Positions 29,126 through 40,031 are shown, counted from the first letter of the stretch. The stretch: DNA of 64,000 nt from an uncultured Gammaproteobacteria bacterium (GCA_964352335.1 CAYGRO010000004.1:42970-106969); one strand, 5' to 3'. Notes: generated by a model not told the origin, from the sequence alone. Program-made: numbers and translations.

Positions 29126-29947
29126 ATGAAATTCATTCTAGGTTACAAAAAAGAAATGACTCAACAATATCGTGAAGACGGTACTGTTGTTCCTGTGACT
29201 ATTGTACAAGCTGAACCTGCTATTGTAACTCAAGTTAAGCAGTCAGAAAAAGATGGTTATCATGCTATTCAACTTGGAGTAGGGAAAAGAAATAAAGTTG
29301 GAAAATCTCAAGCTGGTCATCTTAAAACAATCACAAAATCAGGAAGAAAACCTTTTCACAGACTTCGTGAAATTCGTGTAGAAGATGCTTCTACATTTAC
29401 AATTGGAGATAGTATTACTGTAAAAACATTTGCTGCTGGAGATAAAGTAGCTGTTACAGGGACTTCAAAAGGTAAAGGTTTCCAAGGTGTTGTAAAACGG
29501 CATAACTTTGCTGGTTCACCTGCTTCTCATGGGCATAAAGATCAATTACGTATGCCTGGTTCTATTGGTTCTCAAGATCCACAACGTGTTTTTAAAGGAA
29601 CACGTATGGCTGGGAGAATGGGTGGAAAACGAATTACTGTTAAGAACTTAGAAATTATTGCTCTAGATGAGGAAAAAAACCTTTTATTCGTAAAAGGTGC
29701 CGTTCCTGGTGCTAGAAATAGTCTTATTCTTATTGCTGGTAATGGTGAATTGATCAAAGGTGCAAGCATTTTTGATGCTCCAGAAGTTATTGATACAACG
29801 GAAGAAAAAGATGAAACTACTGAAGAAGCTCCAGAAGTAAATGAAGAAAATTCTACTGAAACACCTGATAAGGAAGTAAAAGAAGAAACTATTGAAAAAC
29901 CAAAAGCAGAAGACTCTAAAGAAAGTAATGAATCATCAAGTAAATAG
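29126..29947 (+). CDS. rplC: 50S ribosomal protein L3 (acidic C-terminal tail)
   Basis: GTSKGKGFQG, PGSIG, VKGAVPG; ATG 29126. Confidence 0.98.
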   Translation: MKFILGYKKEMTQQYREDGTVVPVTIVQAEPAIVTQVKQSEKDGYHAIQLGVGKRNKVGKSQAGHLKTITKSGRKPFHRLREIRVEDASTFTIGDSITVKTFAAGDKVAVTGTSKGKGFQGVVKRHNFAGSPASHGHKDQLRMPGSIGSQDPQRVFKGTRMAGRMGGKRITVKNLEIIALDEEKNLLFVKGAVPGARNSLILIAGNGELIKGASIFDAPEVIDTTEEKDETTEEAPEVNEENSTETPDKEVKEETIEKPKAEDSKESNESSSK

Positions 29948-29949
29948 AT

Positions 29950-30588
29950 ATGTCTAAAGTAAAGGTCTACAATTTAAACGGTGAAGTTGTTGGTGAACAA
30001 GAGCTTAATCCAGCTTTATTTAATGTTGAAATCAACCCATTGGTTGTTCAGCAAGTTCTTGTTGCTCAACAAGCAAATAAACGTCGGCCTTGGGCGCATA
30101 CAAAAACTCGACCAGAAGTTCGTGGTGGTGGAAGAAAACCATGGAAACAAAAAGGTACAGGGAATGCCCGTCACGGTTCTATCCGATCTCCACTTTGGAG
30201 AGGTGGTGGGATTACATTTGGTCCTCGTAAAGAACGAAACTATACAAAAGCTGTAAATAAAAAGATGAAACAATCAGCGTTAAGAATGGTTTTAACTGAC
30301 CGAGCTGCTTTAGAACAAATTGTTTTAGTTGATTCACTTGATTTACCAGAAGTTAAAACGAAACAAGTTGTTCAAGCTATTGGTAAATTACCTCGCAAAG
30401 GATATAAAACTCTTTTTGTTACAGATAATGCACCTAAAAACCTTGTTTTATCAAGCAGAAACCTACAAGATGTAAAAACAGTTTCAGCTAATAGTTTGAA
30501 TGTTCAAGACTTACTACATTACCGAACAATTGTTATTCCTGTTTCAGCTTTAGAAACAATGGTAAATCTTTACGGTGTTAAGAAATAG
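29950..30588 (+). CDS. rplD: 50S ribosomal protein L4
   Basis: KPWKQKGTGNARHGS. Confidence 0.98.
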   Translation: MSKVKVYNLNGEVVGEQELNPALFNVEINPLVVQQVLVAQQANKRRPWAHTKTRPEVRGGGRKPWKQKGTGNARHGSIRSPLWRGGGITFGPRKERNYTKAVNKKMKQSALRMVLTDRAALEQIVLVDSLDLPEVKTKQVVQAIGKLPRKGYKTLFVTDNAPKNLVLSSRNLQDVKTVSANSLNVQDLLHYRTIVIPVSALETMVNLYGVKK

Positions 30589-30590
30589 AT

Positions 30591-31058
30591 ATGGGAATTT
30601 TCGATAAATTAAAAAGAACAAAAGAAGAAAAAGAACAGCTTAAAGAAGCTGAGAAAGTTTCTGATGCAAAAGAATCGAAAGCTAAAGATATTGAAAAAGG
30701 AAAAAAGAAAGCAACTGCAAAAAAAGAAGCTTCAGCTGATAAAAAGAATCCAAAACCAGCAGCAGCTAAACCTTTAGGTGATTCTCATTCTGTACTTGTA
30801 ATGCCAATTTTGACTGAAAAAACATTCAACTTACAACAATCAAATAAATATTGTTTCTATATCTCACAAGATGCTAATAAGTATCAAGTGAAATCTGCAA
30901 TGAAAGAAGTATACGGAATTGCTCCACTATCAGTAAACATTATCCGAAAACGCCCTCAAGCTAAAAAACGATGGGGGAAAACAATCGGTATGTCAAAAGG
31001 ATTGAAAAAAGCAATTATCACAATGCCAGAAGGAACAATTTTAAACCTCACAGAGTAG
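30591..31058 (+). CDS. rplW: 50S ribosomal protein L23 with long Lys/Glu/Ala N-terminal extension
   Basis: PILTEK, ANKYQVK, KKAIIT; synteny. Confidence 0.93.
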   Translation: MGIFDKLKRTKEEKEQLKEAEKVSDAKESKAKDIEKGKKKATAKKEASADKKNPKPAAAKPLGDSHSVLVMPILTEKTFNLQQSNKYCFYISQDANKYQVKSAMKEVYGIAPLSVNIIRKRPQAKKRWGKTIGMSKGLKKAIITMPEGTILNLTE

Positions 31059-31060
31059 AT

Positions 31061-31170
31061 CAATGCCCCAATGTTTCAGTGCTTCAGTATTACAGTGATG
31101 ACCATCACTTCAACACTGAGACACTGAAGCACTCTAGCAATGAAACACTGAAACAATTCAATACTGAAAT
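31061..31170. repeat. Inverted octamer repeat hairpin, rplW-rplB
   Basis: caatgccc caatgttt cagtgctt cagtatta cagtgatg ... aacactga gacactga agcactct agcaatga aacactga aacaattc aatactga. Confidence 0.85.
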
Positions 31171-31172
31171 TT

Positions 31173-32018
31173 ATGCCAATTAAAGTCTACAAACCAGTAA
31201 CTCCAGGACGACGCAAATCAAGCGTTAATGCTTTTGCTGAGTTAACAACTTCTTCACCAAAGAAGTCGTTAACAAGAAGTAAAAAACGTGGATCTGGACG
31301 TAACAATACAGGTAAAATCACTGTGAGACATCGTGGTGGTGGTGCTAAACGTCGTTACCGGCTTGTTGACTTTAAGCGACAAGAATTTGATATTCCTGCG
31401 AAAGTAGAAACAGTAGAGTATGATCCTAATCGATCTGCTTGGGTTGCGCTTCTTTCATACCGAAATGGAAAAAAAGCTTATATGCTTGCTCCACAAGGTT
31501 TAGAAGTTGGTAAGACAATCGTTTCATCTACTAAACGTGTTGATATCGAAGTTGGAAATAGAATGCCTTTAGATAAAATGCCAGTTGGTACTGTTATCTA
31601 TAATGTTGAATTATTTCCAGGTAGAGGTGGTTTACTAATTCGATCAGCTGGGCTAAGTGCTCAATTAATGGCGATCGAAGGTAAATATGCCACATTAAAA
31701 TTACCTTCAAAAGAAGTTCGAAAAGTACCTAAAGGTTGTGCTGCAACTGTAGGTGCTGTTAGTAATCCTGATCATCGTCTTGTACGATGGGGGAAAGCTG
31801 GACGAAAACGTCACTTAGGAATTCGACCAACTGTTCGTGGTAAAGCCATGAATCCAGTTGATCATCCACATGGTGGTGGTGAAGGTGGAAACCCAATTGG
31901 GATGAAGCATCCTAAGACTCCTTGGGGTAAACCTGCTTTGGGTGTTAAAACTCGAAAAGCAAAGAGAGCTTCAAATAAATTGATTATCCAAAGACGTCCT
32001 AAGAAACGTCGGAAATAA
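31173..32018 (+). CDS. rplB: 50S ribosomal protein L2
   Basis: [21 protein letters not shown]. Confidence 0.99.
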   Translation: MPIKVYKPVTPGRRKSSVNAFAELTTSSPKKSLTRSKKRGSGRNNTGKITVRHRGGGAKRRYRLVDFKRQEFDIPAKVETVEYDPNRSAWVALLSYRNGKKAYMLAPQGLEVGKTIVSSTKRVDIEVGNRMPLDKMPVGTVIYNVELFPGRGGLLIRSAGLSAQLMAIEGKYATLKLPSKEVRKVPKGCAATVGAVSNPDHRLVRWGKAGRKRHLGIRPTVRGKAMNPVDHPHGGGEGGNPIGMKHPKTPWGKPALGVKTRKAKRASNKLIIQRRPKKRRK

Positions 32019-32032
32019 CTTGAGTAAAAACT

Positions 32033-32308
32033 ATGTCTAGAAGTCTTAAAAAAGGTCCATTTGTAGATGCTAAACTGATGAAAAAAGTCAGTAAGCTTAA
32101 ATCTGGAGATTCAACGGTTATTAAAACATGGGCACGTCATAGTACAATCACTCCTGAAATGGTTGGGTTTCGATTTGCTGTTCATAACGGACGTCAACAT
32201 GTTCAAATAGCGGTTGTAGAAGACATGGTAGGACATAAGCTTGGTGAATTTGTACCAACACGAACCTTTAAGGGTCATGGTGGTAAAATGGCCAAAGCAC
32301 AAAAATAA
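32033..32308 (+). CDS. rpsS: 30S ribosomal protein S19
   Basis: [19 protein letters not shown]. Confidence 0.99.
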   Translation: MSRSLKKGPFVDAKLMKKVSKLKSGDSTVIKTWARHSTITPEMVGFRFAVHNGRQHVQIAVVEDMVGHKLGEFVPTRTFKGHGGKMAKAQK

Positions 32309-32322
32309 TCTAAGAAAGATCT

Positions 32323-32853
32323 ATGAAAGAAGTTTCTGCTACATTACGAAATCTCCAAATTTCTCCTAGAAAAGTCAGACTAGTTGCTGATCTGATTAGA
32401 GGTGCTTCTGTTTCTGATGCACAAAATCAGCTTAACTTTTCTGCAAAAGGAGCTTCTCGACCAGTCTTAAAGTTATTAAATTCTGCTATTGCAAATGCAG
32501 ATCATAACTTAAACTTAGATACTTCGACTCTTCGAATTAAAACAATTTTAGTTAATGAAGGACCAATGCTTAAACGCTTTATGCCAAGAGCTTTTGGTCG
32601 AGCTACGACTATTCGAAAACGAATGTCTCACATTAAAATCGTTTTAGAAGGAGAAGAAGGAAAAGCTAAACCTAAAAAAACTACGAAGAAAAAAGCATCT
32701 GCTGATGAAAAAGAAGTAAATCAAGCTCCAGAAAAGAAACAGCCAGCAGATACAAAAAAACAACAACCAATCAAATCAGAACCACGGAAAATGAAATCAC
32801 AAAATCATAACCAAACAGGTGGTAAACGAACAATGAATACAAAGAATAAATAG
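32323..32853 (+). CDS. rplV: 50S ribosomal protein L22 (basic C-terminal tail)
   Basis: SPRKVRLVAD, PRAFGRA. Confidence 0.98.
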   Translation: MKEVSATLRNLQISPRKVRLVADLIRGASVSDAQNQLNFSAKGASRPVLKLLNSAIANADHNLNLDTSTLRIKTILVNEGPMLKRFMPRAFGRATTIRKRMSHIKIVLEGEEGKAKPKKTTKKKASADEKEVNQAPEKKQPADTKKQQPIKSEPRKMKSQNHNQTGGKRTMNTKNK

Positions 32854-32857
32854 ATTT

Positions 32858-32930
32858 CAGCCTGTAGCTAGTGACTAGTCGTTTGTAAGATGTACAAACA
32901 ACCAGCTACTAGCTACGAGCTAATAGCAAT
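32858..32930. repeat. Inverted heptamer hairpin (tagc/gcta), rplV-rpsC
   Basis: cagcctg tagctag tgactag tcgtttg ... acaacca gctacta gctacga gctaata. Confidence 0.8.
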
Positions 32931-32936
32931 AATTAT

Positions 32937-33674
32937 ATGGGACAAAAAGTAAATCCAATTGGGTTTCGACTCGGTGTCATCAAAGACTGGCAGTCAAAAT
33001 GGTATGCTAATAAGCAGAACTATCCTGCCATGCTTGAACAAGATATCAAGATTCGAAAATACCTCAAAAAAGAACTAAAGGAGTCCTTAGTGAATGCTAT
33101 TGATATTGAACGATCTCGAAAAAATGTTGTTATTAATGCTCATGTTGCAAAACCAGGTTTAGTTATTGGTCGCGGTGGAGCTGGAATTGAAAAGCTTAAA
33201 AAGCATATTCAACAAAAATTCCTTCCACAAAAGACTAATGTACAAATCAATGTGCAAGAAGTGAAACAACCAAATCGTCATGCTGCTATTGTTTTACAAA
33301 CAATTGCAACAGATCTTGAAAAACGTACTGCCTTTAGACGAGCAATGAAACAAGCTGCTGGTCGTATCGAAAGAGAAGGAGTAAAAGGATTCAAAATTCA
33401 AGTGAAAGGACGATTAAATGGTGCCGAAATTGCTCGTAGCGAATCTATCTCTCATGGTCTTATTCCATTGCACACATTGCGTGCTGATGTAGACTATTCT
33501 CGAGGTGTTGCTCATACAACGTATGGAGTAATTGGAATCAAAGTATGGATCTATAAGGGAGAAGTCTTTGAAAAAAAGAAAGTGGAAAAAAAGGAAGCGA
33601 CTCCAACAACAAAAAAAGCTCCAGTAAAAAAAGCTTCTAAACCAAAAAAAGAAGAAAAAGAAGCAGTCAAATAA
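32937..33674 (+). CDS. rpsC: 30S ribosomal protein S3
   Basis: MGQKVNPIGFRLG, GRLNGAEIAR. Confidence 0.99.
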   Translation: MGQKVNPIGFRLGVIKDWQSKWYANKQNYPAMLEQDIKIRKYLKKELKESLVNAIDIERSRKNVVINAHVAKPGLVIGRGGAGIEKLKKHIQQKFLPQKTNVQINVQEVKQPNRHAAIVLQTIATDLEKRTAFRRAMKQAAGRIEREGVKGFKIQVKGRLNGAEIARSESISHGLIPLHTLRADVDYSRGVAHTTYGVIGIKVWIYKGEVFEKKKVEKKEATPTTKKAPVKKASKPKKEEKEAVK

Positions 33675-33679
33675 TATAC

Positions 33680-33742
33680 TGCCTGTAGCCTGTGGCTTGT
33701 CGCTTGTACCTATACGAGCAACAAGCCACGAGCTACAAGCTC
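33680..33742. repeat. Inverted heptamer hairpin, rpsC-rplP
   Basis: tagcctg tggcttg tcgcttg ... cgagcaa caagcca cgagcta caagctc. Confidence 0.85.
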
Positions 33743-33755
33743 TACTCATAAATCT

Positions 33756-34169
33756 ATGTTATTACCTAAAAAGACAAAACATCGAAAATGGCATAAAGGA
33801 CGGCGACGATTTACTCGTAATGCTACGTCTGGCTTCGATTTGAGTTTCGGAGGTTTTGGTCTACAGTCTTTAGATAATAAATGGATTACATCACGACAAA
33901 TTGAAGCAGCTCGTAGAGCAATGTCTCGATATGTACAACGTGGTGGAAAAATTTGGATTCGAATCTTTCCTCATCGACCTATTACTCAAAAAGGAAGTGA
34001 AGTTCCTATGGGTAAAGGGAAAGGTGCTGTTGATCATTATGTTCAAGAAGTACGTCCAGGAACAATGATTTTCGAAATCGATGGAGTAGATGAGAAAACA
34101 GCTCGAGAAGCAATGCGTTTAGCTTCTCATAAATTGCCAATTAAAACGAAATTTGTTGTAAAAAACTAA
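33756..34169 (+). CDS. rplP: 50S ribosomal protein L16
   Basis: [14 protein letters not shown]. Confidence 0.99.
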   Translation: MLLPKKTKHRKWHKGRRRFTRNATSGFDLSFGGFGLQSLDNKWITSRQIEAARRAMSRYVQRGGKIWIRIFPHRPITQKGSEVPMGKGKGAVDHYVQEVRPGTMIFEIDGVDEKTAREAMRLASHKLPIKTKFVVKN

Positions 34170-34171
34170 TT

Positions 34172-34399
34172 ATGAAGCACTCAGCAAAACAATTGCAAGA
34201 TATGTCAGAAAAGCAGTTAGATGAATTGCTTGGTCAACTTCGTGGTGAAATACGACAAATGCGTTTCTTGGTAACACATGGAGAGTTAAAGCAAGTACAC
34301 AAGATTAAAGTGGTTAAAAGAAGTATTGCAAGAATCATGATGCAAAAAGGAAAGCTCTCAAAAGCTGAACCATTGACAACTAAGCAAGAACAAGGTTAA
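34172..34399 (+). CDS. rpmC: 50S ribosomal protein L29
   Basis: Synteny; KVVKRSIARI. Confidence 0.9.
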   Translation: MKHSAKQLQDMSEKQLDELLGQLRGEIRQMRFLVTHGELKQVHKIKVVKRSIARIMMQKGKLSKAEPLTTKQEQG

Positions 34400-34411
34400 C
34401 TAGTTTGAACT

Positions 34412-34657
34412 ATGACTGAAGAAAAACCAACTACAATTGTACGGAAACTTAAAGGAACTGTTGTTAGCAATAAAATGGCTAAAACAGCTGTGGTTAGTGT
34501 TAATCGAGTAAAAACTCACACTAAGTACAATAAGCAGTATACAGTTTCAAAAAAGTATAAAGTACATGATCCAGAAAATAAAGCTGTTATTGGTGAAGTC
34601 GTAGAGTTTATCGCTTGTAGACCACTATCTAAAACTAAACGTTGGAAACTCGTTTAA
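34412..34657 (+). CDS. rpsQ: 30S ribosomal protein S17
   Basis: GTVVSNKMAKT, RPLSKTKRW. Confidence 0.98.
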   Translation: MTEEKPTTIVRKLKGTVVSNKMAKTAVVSVNRVKTHTKYNKQYTVSKKYKVHDPENKAVIGEVVEFIACRPLSKTKRWKLV

Positions 34658-34677
34658 AGAGCATTTGAAATAGAAAT

Positions 34678-35049
34678 ATGATCCAAGAAGAATCAAAATT
34701 GAAAGTAGCTGATAATAGCGGAGCAAAATTACTAAAAGTAATCCGTGTTCTTGGTGGTTATCAAAAACGATATGCTCGTATTGGTGATATTGTTACTGTT
34801 ACAGTAAAAGAAGCTTCACCAAATAGTGCTGTTAAAAAAGGTGATGTTGTTCATGCTGTAATTGTTCGAACAAGAAAAGAAACACGAAGAAAAGATGGAA
34901 CCTATATCCGATTTGATGAAAATGCTGCTGTTGTTGTTGATAAAGATTCAAAAGAACCAAAAGGTACTCGTGTCTTTGGTCCTATCGCTCGTGAATTGCG
35001 TGCGAAAGGGTATCAAAAAATTATCTCATTAGCACCTGAAGTATTATAA
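34678..35049 (+). CDS. rplN: 50S ribosomal protein L14
   Basis: [15 protein letters not shown]. Confidence 0.99.
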   Translation: MIQEESKLKVADNSGAKLLKVIRVLGGYQKRYARIGDIVTVTVKEASPNSAVKKGDVVHAVIVRTRKETRRKDGTYIRFDENAAVVVDKDSKEPKGTRVFGPIARELRAKGYQKIISLAPEVL

Positions 35050-35053
35050 TGTT

Positions 35054-35344
35054 ATGAAAATTAAAACTGGACAAACAGTAAAAGTACTTTCTGGAAAAGA
35101 CAAGGGAAAAACTGGTCAAGTGATTCAAGTATTCCCAAAGCTTGATAAGGTTGTTGTTGATGGAGTTAATAAATCATTCAAACATCTTAAACGAAGACAT
35201 GTAAGTGGTACTGAAAAGGGAGAACGAGTTGAATACTCATCACCAATTCATGTTTCAAACGTTAAGGTGGTTGAAGTAGAGAAAGTAAAAAAAGAAGATA
35301 AACCGAAAGCAAAGAAAGCTGATAAAAAAGAAGACAAGAAATAA
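35054..35344 (+). CDS. rplX: 50S ribosomal protein L24
   Basis: SGKDKGKTG, PIHVSNV. Confidence 0.97.
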   Translation: MKIKTGQTVKVLSGKDKGKTGQVIQVFPKLDKVVVDGVNKSFKHLKRRHVSGTEKGERVEYSSPIHVSNVKVVEVEKVKKEDKPKAKKADKKEDKK

Positions 35345-35349
35345 ATTGA

Positions 35350-35419
35350 TGCCAGTGGCCAGTGGCTAGTAGCTTGTAGAAATACTAAAAGCTACCAGCT
35401 ACTAGCTACAGGCTACTAG
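35350..35419. repeat. Inverted heptamer hairpin, rplX-rplE
   Basis: tggccag tggctag tagcttg ... aaagcta ccagcta ctagcta caggcta. Confidence 0.85.
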
Positions 35420-35426
35420 AAAAACT

Positions 35427-35984
35427 ATGGCAACTTTAACGCAAAAACTCTATAAAGAAAAAGTAGCTCCTGAATTAAAGGAGAAGTTTAACTATGCCAA
35501 TGTAATGCAAGTTCCAGGCATTGAAAAAATTGTGTTAAATGTTGGTGCGGGTACAAAAACAGATTACAATCTAGACGCCGTTGCTGCGAACCTTGCACAG
35601 ATTACAGGGCAACAACCAGTAAAAACTCTTGCTAAAAAATCAATTTCTAACTTTAAAATTAGAGATGGCCAACCGATTGGTTTAAAGGTGACATTACGAG
35701 GACCTCGTATGTTTGAATTCCTTGACCGATTGGTACATATCACATTTCCTCGTGTGCACGATTTCCGTGGATTATCTGCAAATGCATTTGATCGACAAGG
35801 AAACTATGCAATTGGATTTAAAGATCAGTTGGCTTTTCCTGAAATTAAAGCAGAAGGGATTGATCAGCTGCATGGATTAGAAATTGTTATTACAACTTCT
35901 GCTCCTGATGCAGAACAAGGGTACGAACTTCTAAAAGGTCTTGGTTTTCCATTATTAGAACGGAAAACAAAGAAAAAATCTTAA
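35427..35984 (+). CDS. rplE: 50S ribosomal protein L5
   Basis: ITGQQP, GLKVTLRG. Confidence 0.99.
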   Translation: MATLTQKLYKEKVAPELKEKFNYANVMQVPGIEKIVLNVGAGTKTDYNLDAVAANLAQITGQQPVKTLAKKSISNFKIRDGQPIGLKVTLRGPRMFEFLDRLVHITFPRVHDFRGLSANAFDRQGNYAIGFKDQLAFPEIKAEGIDQLHGLEIVITTSAPDAEQGYELLKGLGFPLLERKTKKKS

Positions 35985-36002
35985 GTACTATTACGAATAC
36001 CT

Positions 36003-36188
36003 ATGGCTACTGAGGCACAAAGAGCAAAATCTCGAAAAAAACCAAAGTACTCAACGCGTATTGTACGTCGTTGTTGGCGATGTGGTCGTCAACGCGGTTA
36101 TATGCGTCGATTTAACCTTTGTCGAATTTGCTTTCGAGAACTTGCAAGTCAAGGACAAGTTCCGGGAGTTCGTAAGAGTTCTTGGTAA
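36003..36188 (+). CDS. rpsZ: 30S ribosomal protein S14 type Z (Zn-binding)
   Basis: CWRC...CRICFRE. Confidence 0.97.
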   Translation: MATEAQRAKSRKKPKYSTRIVRRCWRCGRQRGYMRRFNLCRICFRELASQGQVPGVRKSSW

Positions 36189-36206
36189 GAATGAATCTAT
36201 CTAAAA

Positions 36207-36635
36207 ATGACTATGGGAATGACAAACGATCCAATTAGTGACATGCTTACACGCATCAGAAACGCTTCAGCGGTTAGAAAACCTGAGGTTGTGATGCCTT
36301 ATTCGAAATTAAAGCATAAAATTGCTGACATCCTTTCTACAGAAGGTTATGTTGGTAAAATTACGAAAGTTGAACCAGATACTACAAAACCAGGTTCATC
36401 TCGTTTTGCTGAACTTCGAATTGGGTTAAAATATGATGAAGAAAAGCAACCAACTATCAATAATTTGAAGCGTATTAGTAAACCAGGTTTACGGATCTAT
36501 AAAGGATCTGATCGACTTCCTGTTGTGCTTAATCACTTAGGTATTGCTATTCTTTCAACTTCTCAAGGTCTTATGACTAATAATGAAGCAAGAAAGAAAG
36601 GTATTGGTGGGGAAGTTCTTTGCGAAGTCTATTAA
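36207..36635 (+). CDS. rpsH: 30S ribosomal protein S8
   Basis: DPISDMLTRIRNA, SKPGLRIY; start may be a downstream ATG. Confidence 0.98.
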   Translation: MTMGMTNDPISDMLTRIRNASAVRKPEVVMPYSKLKHKIADILSTEGYVGKITKVEPDTTKPGSSRFAELRIGLKYDEEKQPTINNLKRISKPGLRIYKGSDRLPVVLNHLGIAILSTSQGLMTNNEARKKGIGGEVLCEVY

Positions 36636-36639
36636 AAAA

Positions 36640-36707
36640 CCATTGACCATTGACATGTGACCTCTGACAAAGTAAGGTCAAATGTCAATAGTCAAGGGTC
36701 AAATGTA
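36640..36707. repeat. Inverted heptamer hairpin (tgac/gtca), rpsH-rplF
   Basis: ccattga ccattga catgtga cctctga ... ggtcaaa tgtcaat agtcaag ggtcaaa. Confidence 0.85.
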
Positions 36708-36714
36708 AAAAATT

Positions 36715-37257
36715 ATGTCTAGAATCGGAAAACAACTTATTGAAATCCCAAATGGTGTAGAATTAACTGTCACTGATGGTTTAGTGAAAGCAAAATCATC
36801 TAAGGGAGAACTTACATTGCAACTCCCAAAAGAGTTAACTCTTCATATTGATGGGAATCAGGCATCTGTGAAAGTTGAAAATGAAGGTGATTATCGACAA
36901 AATGTTTTATGGGGAACAAATGCAAGTTTAGTTTTGAATATGGTAAAAGGTGTTCATGAAGGTTATTCAAAACAATTAGAAGTAAACGGAATCGGATATA
37001 AAGTTGCTTTATCTGGAAAAAAACTTACATTAAACTTAGGGTTTTCTCATGCAATTGATTATGAATTACCTGCTGGAATTGATGCTAATGTAGAAAAGAA
37101 CCTTATTACAATTTCTGGAATTGACAAACAACAAGTAGGTCAAGTTGCTGCTCAAATTCGTTCATACAAAAAACCTGAACCTTATAAAGGAAAAGGGATT
37201 AAATACGTTGATGAAGTCATCCGTCGAAAAGCTGGTAAAGCTGCCGGTGGTGAATAA
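36715..37257 (+). CDS. rplF: 50S ribosomal protein L6
   Basis: [15 protein letters not shown]. Confidence 0.99.
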   Translation: MSRIGKQLIEIPNGVELTVTDGLVKAKSSKGELTLQLPKELTLHIDGNQASVKVENEGDYRQNVLWGTNASLVLNMVKGVHEGYSKQLEVNGIGYKVALSGKKLTLNLGFSHAIDYELPAGIDANVEKNLITISGIDKQQVGQVAAQIRSYKKPEPYKGKGIKYVDEVIRRKAGKAAGGE

Positions 37258-37262
37258 AGTTT

Positions 37263-37622
37263 ATGAATAAGAAACTACAAAAAGTCATTCAAACCCAACG
37301 TCAACGTCGTGTAAAACGAGTACGCGCGAAGATTTCTGGTACAACAACAACACCTCGTCTTGCTGTTTATCGAAGTTTAACAAACTTTACTGCTCAGTTA
37401 ATTGATGATCAAAAAGGTCATACAATTGCCTTCGTTGATCAAAAGAAATTAGGAAAAAAAGGAAAACCACTTGAATTAGCGACTGAATTAGGAAAGAAAA
37501 TGGCTGAAGAAGCGAAAAAAGCTGGTATAACCTCTATTGTTTTCGATCGTCGTCATTATAAATATCATGGACGCGTAAAAGCTTTTGCAGAAGCTGCAAG
37601 AGAAGGCGGTCTACAATTCTAG
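37263..37622 (+). CDS. rplR: 50S ribosomal protein L18
   Basis: [15 protein letters not shown]. Confidence 0.98.
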   Translation: MNKKLQKVIQTQRQRRVKRVRAKISGTTTTPRLAVYRSLTNFTAQLIDDQKGHTIAFVDQKKLGKKGKPLELATELGKKMAEEAKKAGITSIVFDRRHYKYHGRVKAFAEAAREGGLQF

Positions 37623-37640
37623 TTACAATTACAAATAATT

Positions 37641-38231
37641 ATGTCTGAAACATCTAAACCAACTGAATCAAAAGAAGTGACTGAAAAGAAATCAGCTTCT
37701 ACTCCAAATCAAAGAAATGGAGAAAAGCGACAATCTTCTCGTCCAAGACGTCCACGTAAGCCACGTGAAGAACAAGAATTTGATCAAAAAATCATTGATG
37801 TTTCACGTGTTACTCGTGTAACAGAAGGTGGTAAACAAATGTCTTTTAGAGCAACTGTTGCTATTGGAGATAGAAAAGGACGTGTTGCTGTTGGATTAGG
37901 AAAAGGATTAGATGTTACAAATGCTATTAATAAAGCAGTTGGGCGTGCTAAAAAAGACTTAGTAACTATTCCATTAGATGATGTTGGAAGTATTCCACAT
38001 GAGTTAACAGAAAAATTTGGAGCAGCTAAAATCATGATGCGACCAGCAAAACAAGGGACTGGTATTATTGCAGGTGGTGTTATGCGAGTTATTTTAGAAT
38101 TATCTGGTATTAGAAATGTTGTTGGTAAAATGAATGGTGCGAAGAATAAAATTAATAATTCTAAAGCAACTATTGAAGCATTAAAACGTTTACAAACTGA
38201 AACAGCACGAAATGCTCAACGTGGTAAATAA
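37641..38231 (+). CDS. rpsE: 30S ribosomal protein S5
   Basis: RVTRVTEGG, GTGIIAGG. Confidence 0.98.
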   Translation: MSETSKPTESKEVTEKKSASTPNQRNGEKRQSSRPRRPRKPREEQEFDQKIIDVSRVTRVTEGGKQMSFRATVAIGDRKGRVAVGLGKGLDVTNAINKAVGRAKKDLVTIPLDDVGSIPHELTEKFGAAKIMMRPAKQGTGIIAGGVMRVILELSGIRNVVGKMNGAKNKINNSKATIEALKRLQTETARNAQRGK

Positions 38232-38236
38232 ATCCT

Positions 38237-38680
38237 ATGTCTAACTTACAATCACACAATTTACAAGGTCCAAAAGGTGATGCTAAACGAAAGCGTAAAC
38301 GACTTGGTCGTGGTAATGCTTCTGGTTCAGGAACTTATGCTGGACGTGGTCTTAAAGGACAAAAATCGCGTTCTGGTGTTAGTGGTTTAAAACTAAAAGG
38401 GATTCGTCGAAGAATTCTTTCTATTCCAAAATTACGAGGGTTCACAAGTCTTTCTGCAAAAAATGCAGTAGTAAATCTTGGTGAATTAGAACAGGCTTTC
38501 ACTGCTGGAGCAATTGTTTCTCCAAAAACATTAGTGAAAAAAGGTTTGATTGTTACCCCAAGAAATGGTGTGAAAATTCTTAGCGAAGGATCATTAACAA
38601 AAGCACTTACATTTAGAAAGGTAAAAGCATCAGCTACTGCTAAAGAAAAAATTGAAAAAGCTGGTGGGAAGTTTGAATAA
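38237..38680 (+). CDS. rplO: 50S ribosomal protein L15
   Basis: RLGRGNASG.G, KGQKSRSG. Confidence 0.98.
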   Translation: MSNLQSHNLQGPKGDAKRKRKRLGRGNASGSGTYAGRGLKGQKSRSGVSGLKLKGIRRRILSIPKLRGFTSLSAKNAVVNLGELEQAFTAGAIVSPKTLVKKGLIVTPRNGVKILSEGSLTKALTFRKVKASATAKEKIEKAGGKFE

Positions 38681-38683
38681 AAT

Positions 38684-38762
38684 CGTAAACAACGTAAACT
38701 TGTAAAAACGTAAAATCTTATTAATTCTTCTTTACGATTTTACACCTTTACGCATTTACAAT
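38684..38762. repeat. Inverted octamer hairpin (gtaaa/tttac), rplO-secY
   Basis: cgtaaac..cgtaaact tgtaaaaa cgtaaaat ... tttacgat tttacacc tttacgca tttacaat abutting ATG. Confidence 0.85.
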
Positions 38763-40031
38763 ATGGCTAGTAAACTGAAACAAGTATTCCAAGTAAAAGA
38801 TTTACGGAAAAGCATTCTCTTCGTTTTAGCAATGCTTTTTTTGTATCGTGTTTTAGCTCATATCCCTGTACCTGGAGTAAATACAGATAATCTGGCTGCT
38901 TTTTTTGAATCAAATCAATTATTAGGTTTAGTAAATCTTTTTTCTGGAGGTGGTCTTCAAAGCTTTTCTTTAGCTGCTTTGGGAGTTGCTCCATATATTA
39001 CTGCTTCAATTATTTTCCAATTATTGGTGATGATTGTTCCTAGTTTAGAAGAATTACAAAAAGAAGGTGAGTCTGGTCAACAAAAAATTAATCAATGGAC
39101 TCGATGGGTGAGTGTTCCATTAGCTTTTATTCAGTCTTTTGGTTTCATTACCGTAATTAGACAACAAAGTCAGTTTGATATTGCTTCTACAATGACTCCA
39201 ACACAAATCGCTATTGCAATGGTTGCAATGACTGCTGGTTCTGTCTTCTTGATGTGGATTGGTGAGTTGATTTCTGAAAAGAATATTGGAAACGGTATTT
39301 CTTTAATGATTTTTGCTGGTATCGTTGCTGGTTTACCTACAGTATTGCAACAAACTGTTGTTTCATTTGATCAATCACAAATCTTTAATATTTTGATTTT
39401 TGCGGCAATTACATTAATCACAATTATTGCCATTGTCTTTATTACAGAAGGGCAAAGAAATGTTCCTGTATCATATGCACGAATGTCGAATACTGGTGAT
39501 AATGTAGATTCTCATTTGCCAATTCGTGTGAATATGGCTGGTGTAATTCCAATTATCTTTGCTATTTCTGTTATTTTATTTCCACCAACGATTGCTCAAT
39601 TCTTAATATCAGCACAAAGCCAATGGGTTGTTGATGCTGCTAATTGGGTTATTGAATTATTTAATAATGGATTATTTTACGGAGTTATTTACTTTATTGC
39701 TGTTGTTGTTTTCACCTTCTTTTACTCAGGTGTTATTTTCAAGCCAGATCAAGTTGCTGAAAACTTACAAAAACAAGGAGCTTTTGTTCCTGGAATTAGA
39801 CCTGGAAAACCAACAGAAGAATACCTTCAATTTATTGTAAACAGAATCATGTTAACAGGTGCTTTGTTCTTAGGTATCGTTGCTATTTTACCTTTGATTG
39901 TTCAAGAATTTACAGGATTACAAAATCTTATTGTTGGAGGTACCTCAATTTTGATCGTTGTGGCTGTTGTTATTGATATTGTTCAACAAATTAACTCTCA
40001 ATTAACAATGAGAGATTACGACGCACTATAA
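38763..40031 (+). CDS. secY: Preprotein translocase SecY
   Basis: LGVAPYITASII, IGNGISL, GVIPIIFA, PGIRPGK. Confidence 0.99.
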   Translation: MASKLKQVFQVKDLRKSILFVLAMLFLYRVLAHIPVPGVNTDNLAAFFESNQLLGLVNLFSGGGLQSFSLAALGVAPYITASIIFQLLVMIVPSLEELQKEGESGQQKINQWTRWVSVPLAFIQSFGFITVIRQQSQFDIASTMTPTQIAIAMVAMTAGSVFLMWIGELISEKNIGNGISLMIFAGIVAGLPTVLQQTVVSFDQSQIFNILIFAAITLITIIAIVFITEGQRNVPVSYARMSNTGDNVDSHLPIRVNMAGVIPIIFAISVILFPPTIAQFLISAQSQWVVDAANWVIELFNNGLFYGVIYFIAVVVFTFFYSGVIFKPDQVAENLQKQGAFVPGIRPGKPTEEYLQFIVNRIMLTGALFLGIVAILPLIVQEFTGLQNLIVGGTSILIVVAVVIDIVQQINSQLTMRDYDAL